A DNA stretch of 64,000 bases, taken from positions 307,218 through 371,217 of the forward strand of contig JAUTCQ010000012.1 in the NCBI GenBank assembly GCA_030673845.1. Reading direction: 5' to 3'. This DNA comes from Verrucomicrobiota bacterium JB022. GTDB taxonomy: Bacteria > Verrucomicrobiota > Verrucomicrobiia > Opitutales > Oceanipulchritudinaceae. Shown in pieces: positions 56,128-64,000 of the stretch. Numbering within the stretch: position 1 is the first letter of the stretch; each line of letters starts with the position of its first letter. Made by a program: the position numbers and the translations under genes. A model generated the notes under the pieces. The model had not been told where the DNA came from. It searched no databases and worked only from the letters and a program-made list of their open reading frames with translations.

Positions 56128-56946
56128 TCAGGACGCGGCACGCTTGGAGTGAACCAGCTGCGCAAGTTCCTCCAGATTTGTCTCCGCGAAGTCGCTGAAG
56201 ACGATGTCGGCCCCGTTCTCGCGAAGGGCTTGGGCGTTGTCGCTGCGGGCCAGCCCCACCACGAGGGCAAAGCCGCCTCGTGCGCCGGCCTGGACGCCCG
56301 AAACGGCATCTTCGACCAGCACGGCCCGCGTCGCTTCGACGCCCAGCTCGGCACACGCGGCGAGGAAGGTGTCGGGGGCGGGTTTGCCGGGCAGCCCGCG
56401 CTCGGCGGCGACCAGGCCGTCGATCACGACTTCGAAGAGCTCGCCGAGGCCCGTCTTGGCCAGCACCACCTGCGCGTTGCGGCTGGAGGTGACGAGGGCG
56501 ATCTGAATCCCCTGCGCGGGCAGCTCGCCGATCAGGTCGAGCGTGGATTCGTAAAGCGCCACGCCGTCGGTCTCGATGATTTCGAAGAAATAGGCGTTCT
56601 TCAGGTTGCCGAGCGCCCCTACCGTCGCAAAGCCCGGGGCGTCGTCCAGCGAGCCTTGCGGCAGCTCGATGCCTTGGTGGGCGAGGTAATGGCGGATGGC
56701 TTCGAAGCGCGGGCGACCGTCGATGTAGGCCAGGTAATCGTGCGCGGCATCGAAGACTTTCGGCTCCTGCGGATGCTGCGCGTTCCAATGGGCAAAGAAC
56801 GCGTCGAAAAGGCGTTGCCAGGCTTGGGCGTGGACTTCGGCAGTCTGCGTCAACACGCCGTCCATGTCGAAAACGACCGCGTCGAAAGCAGGTGGAGAAA
56901 TGGAATCAGGCGCTGCGTCGGCAGCAGAAAAAGACGAATGGGCCAT
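56128..56946 (-). CDS. pgmB: Beta-phosphoglucomutase (HAD superfamily)
   Basis: HAD motif I 'AVVFDMDGVLTQTAEVHAQAW', motif II/III 'LVTSSRN…', and 'VEDAVSGVQAGARGGF'. The start is set at MAHSSFS. It lies immediately upstream of the MFS and GH65 genes. Confidence 0.85.
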   Translation of the reverse strand: MAHSSFSAADAAPDSISPPAFDAVVFDMDGVLTQTAEVHAQAWQRLFDAFFAHWNAQHPQEPKVFDAAHDYLAYIDGRPRFEAIRHYLAHQGIELPQGSLDDAPGFATVGALGNLKNAYFFEIIETDGVALYESTLDLIGELPAQGIQIALVTSSRNAQVVLAKTGLGELFEVVIDGLVAAERGLPGKPAPDTFLAACAELGVEATRAVLVEDAVSGVQAGARGGFALVVGLARSDNAQALRENGADIVFSDFAETNLEELAQLVHSKRAAS

Positions 56947-57108
56947 GGGGAAACAGGCACAAAGGGGGTGAAAGGGGATCTCCGGGGGCTTGCCAGTCAA
57001 AGGCTCAGGCGGAGTAGCGGGGCTGATGTCTCCATTGAGGAATAAATCTTGGCAGAAGCACACTTCACCCTCAGTTTATGTAAACTGCTTTATGTAAACC
57101 CAACTCCG

Positions 57109-58167
57109 ATGATGACAAACCGCCCCAGCCTACGAACCATTGCCGAAATCACCGGCGTCTCCAAAATGACCGTATCCCTCGCACTCCGTGACCACCCCCG
57201 CATCCCGCTCGCCACCCGCGAGCGGATCAAGCGCGTGGCCGCAGAGCAAGGCTACCAGGCCAACCCGGAAATCTCCCGGCTGCTGGCCGCCGTACGCAAG
57301 ACCAACATCGACGAGCGCGGCCTGCCGCTGGCCTGCATCACCACCGGCGCAGCCCCGGGCCTCTGGCGCGAATCGCCAACCGAGTCCGCCTATTGGGAGG
57401 GCGCCTGCAAGCGGGCCAAGACCTACGGCTATTACGTCGAGGAATATTGGCTCGAGCAGCCCAGAATGAAGCCGCAGCGCTTGAGCGACATCCTCTGGAA
57501 CCGCGGCATCAAGGGCGTCATCATCCCGCCCGTGCTGCGCGTGCTCACCGGCACGAACCGCGATGTGCGGATGGAGCTCGACTGGGCCCGCTTCTGCGCC
57601 GTCACCATTGGCGACCCGCTCACGTCGCCGGAGCTCAACCGCGTGGTGCACGACCACTACGCCTCGATGCTGACCGCCATGAACCGGCTGATGGAGCTGG
57701 GCTACCGGCGGATCGGCCTATGCCTGCACGAGCACATGGACTTGACCGTAAACCAGCGTTGGCAAGCCGGCTACCGCGTCTTTCGCACCAACCACCCAAT
57801 CGAACGTTTCGAGCCCCTGATCCGGTCCAAGCTTTCGGCCGAAGCGGTGCGCGACTGGATCGCACACAACCGGATCGATGCCATCTTGAGCGCCGGCCAC
57901 AACATGCCCGAGTTCTTCCGGCAAACCGGGATCGAGATCGGACGCGATGTGGCGTATGCCGACCTCGACCTTTACCCTGACGCTCCTCAGCACCGCAACG
58001 TGAGCGGCATCGTCCAGAACTCGGAGATGCTCGGGATGGCCGCCGTCGACATGACCGTGTCGGCCCTGCAGCGCAACCAGACCGGCGTCCCCAAAGTCCC
58101 CTTTGTCACCCAGGTCCGAGGCACCTGGATCGATGGAAAAACCACGCCTCCCGTCAAGCCCGGCTGA
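57109..58167 (+). CDS. LacI-family transcriptional regulator
   Basis: N-terminal HTH 'SLRTIAEITGVSKMTVSLALRD' and a periplasmic-binding-protein-like C-terminal domain. It is divergent from the GH65/pgmB operon. The start is set at MMTNRPS. Confidence 0.85.
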   Translation: MMTNRPSLRTIAEITGVSKMTVSLALRDHPRIPLATRERIKRVAAEQGYQANPEISRLLAAVRKTNIDERGLPLACITTGAAPGLWRESPTESAYWEGACKRAKTYGYYVEEYWLEQPRMKPQRLSDILWNRGIKGVIIPPVLRVLTGTNRDVRMELDWARFCAVTIGDPLTSPELNRVVHDHYASMLTAMNRLMELGYRRIGLCLHEHMDLTVNQRWQAGYRVFRTNHPIERFEPLIRSKLSAEAVRDWIAHNRIDAILSAGHNMPEFFRQTGIEIGRDVAYADLDLYPDAPQHRNVSGIVQNSEMLGMAAVDMTVSALQRNQTGVPKVPFVTQVRGTWIDGKTTPPVKPG

Positions 58168-58219
58168 GGCTGCACCCGTAGATCACACGCCTGCAGCCCT
58201 GCCCCTATCCCCTACCCCT

Positions 58220-60103
58220 ATGCATCCCTTCAGTAACCCTCCACCCCGGCGGCACCACCCCCGCCTTTTTGCCCCCTTGCTGGCCACCTTTGCCTTTGTG
58301 TCGCTCGTTGCAGCGGGCGAAGACGTGACCAAGCTGGGCCTCAGCGGCGATGGCACCAGCGACAATACCGAAGCGCTGCAGGCGCTGCTGCGCGACGGCC
58401 CCTCGTCGCTCTACTTCCCCGATGGCAGCTACCTGCTCGGCACCGTCGAAGTCCCGGCCGACCGTAAACTCGAATTCTCCCCCGAAGCCGAGATCGTCGT
58501 AAACCCGGAGAAGATCACGGAGAAGAACCTCTTCGTCGTCACGGGCGACAACGTCCAGTTCGAAGGCCTGCACTACGACTTTGCCTGGAACGGCGCCGGT
58601 ATGGAAGAGACGCCCGTGCACAATCTCGTGTATGCCGAAGACGTCGAGTCCCTCACCGTCAGCCAGTTCGAAGTGGTCAACAGCGATGAACGCGGCCTCG
58701 TGCCGCTGGAAAAGCGTGCCCGCCGCGGTCGCCTGCTGAATATGGACGGGACGGACCCGAAGGCGAATTACAGCCACATCAAATATTACAACGCGCAGCG
58801 CATCATCCTGGCGAAAAGCAGCCGCGACATCATTCTGGAGGACTCTGGAGCCTCCCGCCTGCACGCCATGATCGAGGCGATCCACTGCGCGAATGTGACG
58901 GTGCGCGGCAATCACATGGTCAGCGGCAATGCGATGACGATGTTCCAGGAAGGCGGCGAAACCCTGCGCCACCACGACAACTGGTCGCGCGACGTCAAGT
59001 ATCAGGTCGTGTGGTTTGGCGGCTCTCCCGACCCGAACCGCAAGCCCAAGGAAGTCCCGCAAGGCACCTCGCGCGTCGTCTACCGCGACATCAAGCACGA
59101 CGACCCCGCCTACAATCGCCACACTTCCGGCGCCTTCGACGTGATTGTGCAAAACAACTACGCGGAATACGGCAACACCCTCGCGTGGGGCAACAAGGCC
59201 CGCCAGGTGGTGATCGACAACAACATCGCGCGCTTCATCTCCGACTACGCCTACGGCACCGAAGGCGGCGAGAACATCGTCTTCTCCAACAACATTTCGA
59301 TCAACTCCACCGCCGGCGGCATCGTCTCGATGTATTGGGGCGAGAAGCTGCTCATTACCGGCAACCTCATCCTCGTGCGCCATGAAGACTGGTCGCCCGA
59401 ATGGAGCTGGTGGGATCAGGCCGGCAAATACCTCGGGCCGTTTGTCCGCCTCCACCACGGGCCCTACAGCGAGCAAGACCCCTACGGCGCAGGCACGGTG
59501 CACATCAGCAGCAACCTCTTCGTCAACGAGCTCTCCGGGCGGTCTACGCCGCTGACGATCCAGGCCAGCCGCGACATCACCATCAGCGACAACAAGTTCA
59601 TCAACGGGCGGGTCGACAAGTTTGGCGCCGGCAGCGTCTCCGTGTTGAACAACGAGTTCGTCTCGCGTCTGGGCTTCGACGACCTGGCCATCAGCGTGCG
59701 CGGCGAGGTGGAGAAGGCCATTATTCGCGGTAACACGATCCACAAACAGGCCGCATTGGCAGCCGCCAGCACCGCCGAACAGGAAGCCGAGCAAACCTCC
59801 GTGCCCTACCTCCTCTTCACCGAAGAAGATGCCCCCGTGCGCGAAGGGGCCGAAGACCAGATCACGAAAGCCAAAGAGGCCAAGCGCGGTCTGCCGGCCA
59901 TCTCGCTCCAGCCGCAAGGCGAATTCTTCGGCCTGGTGGAAGACAACGCCGTGATCGGCTGGGACGCTTCGATCTCGGTCGAAATGCCCTCCAAACCCGG
60001 CGCCAACATCATCGTGACCGACAACACTGTCGACGGAGAGGTTTCCGGGCCCAAGCAAAAGAACTTCAAGGCGCTCAACAACCTCGACATCAGCGGCAAC
60101 TAG
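58220..60103 (+). CDS. Right-handed beta-helix protein of the Pectate_lyase_3 / GH28-related superfamily (secreted)
   Basis: N-terminal hydrophobic signal (LFAPLLATFAFVSLVAAG), then 'GDGTSDNTEALQALL' (the conserved GDGxTDDTxAxQxAx motif), and many short Asn/Gly coils. The start is set at MHPFSNPP to avoid overlap with lacI. Confidence 0.65.
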   Translation: MHPFSNPPPRRHHPRLFAPLLATFAFVSLVAAGEDVTKLGLSGDGTSDNTEALQALLRDGPSSLYFPDGSYLLGTVEVPADRKLEFSPEAEIVVNPEKITEKNLFVVTGDNVQFEGLHYDFAWNGAGMEETPVHNLVYAEDVESLTVSQFEVVNSDERGLVPLEKRARRGRLLNMDGTDPKANYSHIKYYNAQRIILAKSSRDIILEDSGASRLHAMIEAIHCANVTVRGNHMVSGNAMTMFQEGGETLRHHDNWSRDVKYQVVWFGGSPDPNRKPKEVPQGTSRVVYRDIKHDDPAYNRHTSGAFDVIVQNNYAEYGNTLAWGNKARQVVIDNNIARFISDYAYGTEGGENIVFSNNISINSTAGGIVSMYWGEKLLITGNLILVRHEDWSPEWSWWDQAGKYLGPFVRLHHGPYSEQDPYGAGTVHISSNLFVNELSGRSTPLTIQASRDITISDNKFINGRVDKFGAGSVSVLNNEFVSRLGFDDLAISVRGEVEKAIIRGNTIHKQAALAAASTAEQEAEQTSVPYLLFTEEDAPVREGAEDQITKAKEAKRGLPAISLQPQGEFFGLVEDNAVIGWDASISVEMPSKPGANIIVTDNTVDGEVSGPKQKNFKALNNLDISGN

Positions 60104-60277
60104 GCAAGTAAACGCTGTGTATTAAGTGCCCTGCAACTGGGCCGCAACTCACTTGAGGGCGATTTCGTAACTACGGAATCGCCCTTTGTATGTCCCGCTT
60201 TGGGCGGGGCAACAATGTGCGCGCACCCTTCCTTGCCCATTGGTGGGGAGAGTGGTTATCTTGAGGATACCCCGCTC

Positions 60278-62437
60278 ATGAATCGCGATACTCCTCCCCT
60301 CTACCCCATGGCGGCTCGGCTCCTGTCCGCATTCCTGATTTCGGCGCTGTGCCTGCTCCCGCTGGCCTTGCCCGCCGCAATCGACCGAGAAGCTTTGGTG
60401 ACGCGCCATAACCCGCAGCTGACGGCGGTCGATTACGATGCGCCGCTGACGGTCGGCAACGGCAACTTCGCCTATACGGTCGATGTCACAGGGCTGCAGA
60501 CTTTCCCTGCAGCTTACCACCGCCAGGGTGTGCCGACGGAAACGCTCTCCCGCTGGGCGTGGGTAAGCGATGCAAATCCGGAAGGCTATCAATTGTCGGA
60601 CGCCTTTCGGGAATATCAGCAGCCCGATGGTCGATGGCAGGGCTACCCCACCGCGAGCGGCAGCCCTGCAGGCCAATGGCTGCGCAAGAACCCACGCGTC
60701 CAGCCCCTGGGGCAAATCGGGCTGGCGTGGGCCGGCGACAAGCCTATCGCGCCCGACGACATCAAGGATGTCCGCCAAACGCTCGATCTCTGGCATGGAG
60801 CGATCCACAGCCGCTACCGCCTGGAGGGCGAAGCGGTAACCGTGACCACCGCCTGTTTGCCGGATGAGGATACCATCCTGCTGCGGCTCGAATCGGCCTT
60901 GGTGGGCAATGGCGTGATCGGGATTCGGTTTGCCTTCCCTCGCGGCTACGATCCGGCCATCAAGAATACGCCCGGGTTCGACTGGTCGGAGCCGGAGGCA
61001 CATACCTCAACGCTGCAGAACGGTCGGCAGATCCTCCGTCGAGTCAACGACCTCACTTATGCGGTTTCCACCAGCCGCACGATGGAGGCAACGGCGGAGC
61101 CTCATGTGTTCATAATCCACGGTGAGCCAGGGCAAAACGTGCTGGAAGTGGCGATCCATCTGGGGCTCAAGCCGCTGGAGGATGTCGCGGTAGACTTCGA
61201 GCGCGTCGAGCGCCACTGGCCGGAGTTCTGGCGCACGTCGGCGGCCGCAGACTTCTCGGGCAGCACCAACCCCTTGGCCGCTAAATTCGAGCGGCGTATC
61301 GTGCTGTCGCAATACCTGATGGCGGTGCAGATGGCGGGAGACGTGCCTCCCCAGGAAAGCGGGCTGACGTGCAGCACCTGGTATGGCAAGCACCACACCG
61401 AGATGATCTGGTGGCATGCCGCCCACTTTGCCCTTTGGGGCCACCCGGAGCTGTTGAGCCGCAACCTCGACTGGTACGTCGCACGGCTGCCGGAAGCGCG
61501 CGCCTTGGCCCGCGAGCGCCGGCTCGACGGGGCCCGCTGGGCCAAGATGGTGGGCCCGAAGCTGCGGGAAAGCCCGGGAGGGAACCCGTTGATCGTCTGG
61601 AACCAGCCCCACCCCATCTACCTGAGCGAACTACTTTACCGCCAAGCGCCTACCCCCGAGACCTTGGAGCGCTACGGCCAACTCGTGCAGGAAACGGCGG
61701 AAGCCTTGGCCTCCATGCTTTGGCTCGATCCAGAGCGCGGGGAGTATGTGCTGGGGCCGCCCTTGTGGATCGCCCAGGAGATCTACGACCAGCGCATCAG
61801 CCAAAACCCGCCCTTCGAGCTGGCGGCGTGGCGCTGGAGCTTGGGGGTGGCCCAGCAGTGGCGCGAACGCCGGGGGCTGGAACGCGATCCCCACTGGGAC
61901 GAAATTATCGCGCAGCTAGCCTCGCTCCCCACCAAGGATGGCAAATACGTGGCCATGGAGGCCCAGCCCGACACGTGGGACAATGTCGAAAGCCGTCACG
62001 ACCACCCCAGCATGTTGATGGCGCTCGGAGTGCTCCCCCAAACCGATGCGGTCGACCCGGCCACGATGGATCGAACGCTGGACGCCGTGCTCCAACATTG
62101 GGATTGGGAAACGAAGATCTGGGGCTGGGACTACCCCATGATCGCGATGACGGCCACTCGGCTCGGCCGGCCGGATGATGCTGTCGAAATCCTGCTGCGA
62201 GAAGGCCCCAATAACGGCTATCTGCCCAACGGCATTTGCCCGCAACGCGTCATCGGGGAAGGCGCGCCGGGCAACCCACGTTACGACATTGCCGCCTATT
62301 TCCCCGCCAATGGATCGTTTCTGGCCGCAGCGGCGCTCATGCTTGGCGGCTGGGATGGAGCCGACGAGGCCCACCCCGGCATCCCACAAGATGGCACCTG
62401 GGAAGTGCAGGCCGAGGGCTGGCAGGCGTTACCCTAG
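60278..62437 (+). CDS. Putative secreted glycoside hydrolase, (alpha/alpha)6 six-hairpin-like, family unassigned
   Basis: Signal peptide (MAARLLSAFLISALCLLPLALPAA). An N-terminal beta region is followed by a Trp-rich helical region ('CSTWYGKHHTEMIWWHAAHFALWGHPELLSRNLDWYV…', '…WDWETKIWGWDYPMIAM…'), which suggests a glucoamylase/GH63/GH65-like toroid. The family call is uncertain. Confidence 0.5.
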   Translation: MNRDTPPLYPMAARLLSAFLISALCLLPLALPAAIDREALVTRHNPQLTAVDYDAPLTVGNGNFAYTVDVTGLQTFPAAYHRQGVPTETLSRWAWVSDANPEGYQLSDAFREYQQPDGRWQGYPTASGSPAGQWLRKNPRVQPLGQIGLAWAGDKPIAPDDIKDVRQTLDLWHGAIHSRYRLEGEAVTVTTACLPDEDTILLRLESALVGNGVIGIRFAFPRGYDPAIKNTPGFDWSEPEAHTSTLQNGRQILRRVNDLTYAVSTSRTMEATAEPHVFIIHGEPGQNVLEVAIHLGLKPLEDVAVDFERVERHWPEFWRTSAAADFSGSTNPLAAKFERRIVLSQYLMAVQMAGDVPPQESGLTCSTWYGKHHTEMIWWHAAHFALWGHPELLSRNLDWYVARLPEARALARERRLDGARWAKMVGPKLRESPGGNPLIVWNQPHPIYLSELLYRQAPTPETLERYGQLVQETAEALASMLWLDPERGEYVLGPPLWIAQEIYDQRISQNPPFELAAWRWSLGVAQQWRERRGLERDPHWDEIIAQLASLPTKDGKYVAMEAQPDTWDNVESRHDHPSMLMALGVLPQTDAVDPATMDRTLDAVLQHWDWETKIWGWDYPMIAMTATRLGRPDDAVEILLREGPNNGYLPNGICPQRVIGEGAPGNPRYDIAAYFPANGSFLAAAALMLGGWDGADEAHPGIPQDGTWEVQAEGWQALP

Positions 62438-62464
62438 AGCCAAAGAGAGGCAAAGACCTCAAAC

Positions 62465-62505
62465 GCCAACAAGATACAGGTCTTGAAACGTTGGCTTTGC
62501 GCTGC
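62465..62505 (+). terminator. Stem-loop GCCAAC…GTTGGC followed by T-rich tract after glycoside hydrolase gene
   Basis: 6-bp arms with a 19-nt loop, followed by 'tttgcgctgctatctcttttcg'. Weak. Confidence 0.3.
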
Positions 62506-62525
62506 TATCTCTTTTCGTAGCTGCC

Positions 62526-62843
62526 ATGGAAACGACTTCCTTACTCCTGCAAAGACAACGCGAAGTAGTGTTGAATTTTTTCATCAGTGCTGCTCTGAGT
62601 ACCGCCGCAATGTATGTCAATGTCGCGTTCTTCCCGGAAGAAGCGGTATTTTTCAAGCTCGTCGTTTTCGCGGCCCTGCTCCCCGTCTTGTTCAGCGCCT
62701 ACCAGTGGGGCATTGCCCGGGGCTTCAACCGTGAGAACTGCAGCCCGCTGGAGATGGTTTTGCGGCACGGGGTGATCCTCTACATCGCGTTCATGTTTAC
62801 CTGCACCGTAGCCGGCCTGATTACGCTGGCGGTGTTTCATTAA
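62526..62843 (+). CDS. Small hypothetical membrane protein (105 aa, 3 predicted TM helices)
   Basis: Hydrophobic segments FFISAALSTAAMYVNVAFF, LVVFAALLPVLFSAY and VILYIAFMFTCTVAGLITLAVF. It is followed immediately by a strong terminator. Confidence 0.45.
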   Translation: METTSLLLQRQREVVLNFFISAALSTAAMYVNVAFFPEEAVFFKLVVFAALLPVLFSAYQWGIARGFNRENCSPLEMVLRHGVILYIAFMFTCTVAGLITLAVFH

Positions 62844-62880
62844 AAAACCCGCCCTGCGCCAAGGCAAGGCGGGGTGGTTT
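62843..62880. terminator. Bidirectional rho-independent terminator (AAAAA-CCCGCC-loop-GGCGGG-GTGGTTT) between convergent genes
   Basis: 6-bp GC stem flanked by an A-run on one side and a U-rich tract on the other. It sits between the stop at 62843 (+) and the stop at 62899 (-). Confidence 0.75.
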
Positions 62881-62898
62881 CACAAGGTCTGCGATCGC

Positions 62899-64000
62899 CT
62901 ACTCGGCCGGGATCGTGACCAGGAGATCCAAGAATTGCGTAGCTTCGACGCTGAGGGGTTGCGTGGAGCGGACGAGCACAGTCTCCGTCCCGTCCCCGTT
63001 ATCCGTGGCGGCAATTTCTACGGCGTCCAAAACCTCCTGGAAGCCTGGAGCAGTGGATACGCGGACGGAAGCCACCACATCGCCCAGGTCGCTTCGTCGG
63101 ACAAAACGCACCGCGGGGAAGGTTGCTTCACCTTCCGTGACCGTCATCAACTGAAGGTCCACCTCGCCGGCTTGGTGAGGATCGAGCCCGAGGGCGAACT
63201 TGAGCAGGTTCGGGATGCCATCGCCCGCCGGGTTGTCATGAGTGCCGTCTTCCCCTTCCGACAGGCCTTGCTGATACGCCCAGTGCTGGAAGGCCGCGCC
63301 CGGCCCCACCCCGGTAACCTGCAACTGCAGCCCGCTTTCGTTGGAGACCAGCTCTCCACGCAGCTGGTTCGAGGGGGCCAACGAAAAGTCGCCCGCCTGC
63401 AGATCGGTCGTAGCGGCCTGGACGACCGGATAAGCCTGTCCTCGGCTCATGCCTTCCCGAGAAGCGAACTCGATGAAATGCGGGCCCGCATCACCCGTCA
63501 AGTGGCTCACGGAAAGGGGGGAGCCCTCTCCAGATGGAACGAGCAGGGTGCTGGCAGCCTTCAGTGTGAGGGTGCCGCCGATATTCCCGTCGCCCGCGAT
63601 CTTACCTCCGCTATTCACGACCACATTACCGGCGGAAAGCGCTCCCGTGACCTGCAGCACACCCGCATCGACGCTGATCGTGCCGGTGTAGGGGCTGACG
63701 CTGGTCAGTTGGAGGATTCCCGCCCCGTCTTTGACGATCGCGCCTTCGCCGCTCAGCATGCCGTGTAGCGTGATCATATGGGGAGCGCCTTCTTCATCGC
63801 CTGCCGTAAGGCGCACCGAACCTGCGGGCGGAAAATCGAGATCGACCGCACTCTCCCAATCTGCAGTCGCGCCCAGCATGCCCGACGACAGCTCGACCAA
63901 CGTCGTCATGCCGCTCGTCCCGTTTTTGGCCAGGCCGCCGGAGCCGAGATAGACCGCGCCTCCGTCGAGCCTTACCTCCACGTTACCAGCGTCGACCGTT
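62899..64000 (-). CDS. 3' part of a large autotransporter-associated beta-strand-repeat (PATR) protein; continues beyond window
   Basis: The frame is open to the window edge. It has repeats of the type 'GAGILQLTSVSPYTGTISVDAGVLQVTGAL' and 'GNIGGTLTLKAAS', typical of Verrucomicrobia PATR passenger repeats. A C-terminal domain follows. Confidence 0.65.
   Translation of the reverse strand, partial: TVDAGNVEVRLDGGAVYLGSGGLAKNGTSGMTTLVELSSGMLGATADWESAVDLDFPPAGSVRLTAGDEEGAPHMITLHGMLSGEGAIVKDGAGILQLTSVSPYTGTISVDAGVLQVTGALSAGNVVVNSGGKIAGDGNIGGTLTLKAASTLLVPSGEGSPLSVSHLTGDAGPHFIEFASREGMSRGQAYPVVQAATTDLQAGDFSLAPSNQLRGELVSNESGLQLQVTGVGPGAAFQHWAYQQGLSEGEDGTHDNPAGDGIPNLLKFALGLDPHQAGEVDLQLMTVTEGEATFPAVRFVRRSDLGDVVASVRVSTAPGFQEVLDAVEIAATDNGDGTETVLVRSTQPLSVEATQFLDLLVTIPAE

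Overview
This is a 64 kb, very GC-rich (~65%) chromosomal segment with densely packed genes on both strands. The gene content suggests Verrucomicrobia (Opitutae-like): PEP-CTERM exosortase substrates, Verrucomicrobia-type TonB-dependent receptors, many sulfatases and CAZymes, and autotransporter-associated beta-strand repeat proteins. About 37 real genes are supported. The high GC content produces many long antisense 'shadow' ORFs, all rejected below. No rRNA, tRNA, CRISPR arrays, transposases or integrases were found.

Gene content from 5' to 3':
- 1-2.2 kb: a window-truncated SIAE-like esterase tail, a GH26 beta-mannanase and an AstE/AspA-family M14-like hydrolase.
- 2.2-5.4 kb: a lower-GC 650 bp intergenic region, a small PEP-CTERM secreted protein and a PhoX/DUF839-like phosphatase.
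- 5.5-12.1 kb: an unusual tightly coupled operon of three SPFH (HflK/HflC-like) proteins, a P1B-type heavy-metal P-type ATPase with an atypical IPC transmembrane motif, and a small membrane-anchored protein.
- 12.2-15.4 kb: a PL1 pectate lyase with thrombospondin-type-3-like Ca-binding repeats and an orphan sigma-54-dependent response regulator (bEBP).
- 15.4-21.0 kb: a candidate sigma-54 promoter (-24 GG / -12 GC) with a palindromic upstream element, a TonB-dependent receptor, and a lipoprotein beta-propeller phytase with lamin-tail domains.
- 21.1-25.4 kb: an LRR-containing sensor histidine kinase and a MASE1-like hybrid histidine kinase.
- 25.4-33.8 kb: a minus-strand operon encoding NfeD/YqiJ-like, flotillin, and a giant 1810-aa protein carrying a single AAA+ module. 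I do not recognise this protein as a described family. It is the strongest candidate in this window for an undescribed system.
- 34.0-36.1 kb: a CBM + beta-helix secreted enzyme.
- 36.2-39.3 kb: an array of three PEP-CTERM-family paralogues, with one inverted and truncated copy and alternative C-termini.
- 39.5-45.8 kb: a BspA-like LRR surface protein, a DapA/NanA-family aldolase translationally coupled to a sodium:solute symporter, and an FG-GAP repeat protein.
- 45.8-62.4 kb: a PUL-like locus containing 2 sulfatases, a TonB receptor, a GH65 phosphorylase, an MFS sugar transporter, beta-phosphoglucomutase, a divergent LacI regulator, a beta-helix protein and an unassigned (alpha/alpha)6-type glycoside hydrolase.
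- 62.5-64.0 kb: a small membrane protein, a bidirectional terminator, and the 3' part of an autotransporter-repeat protein.
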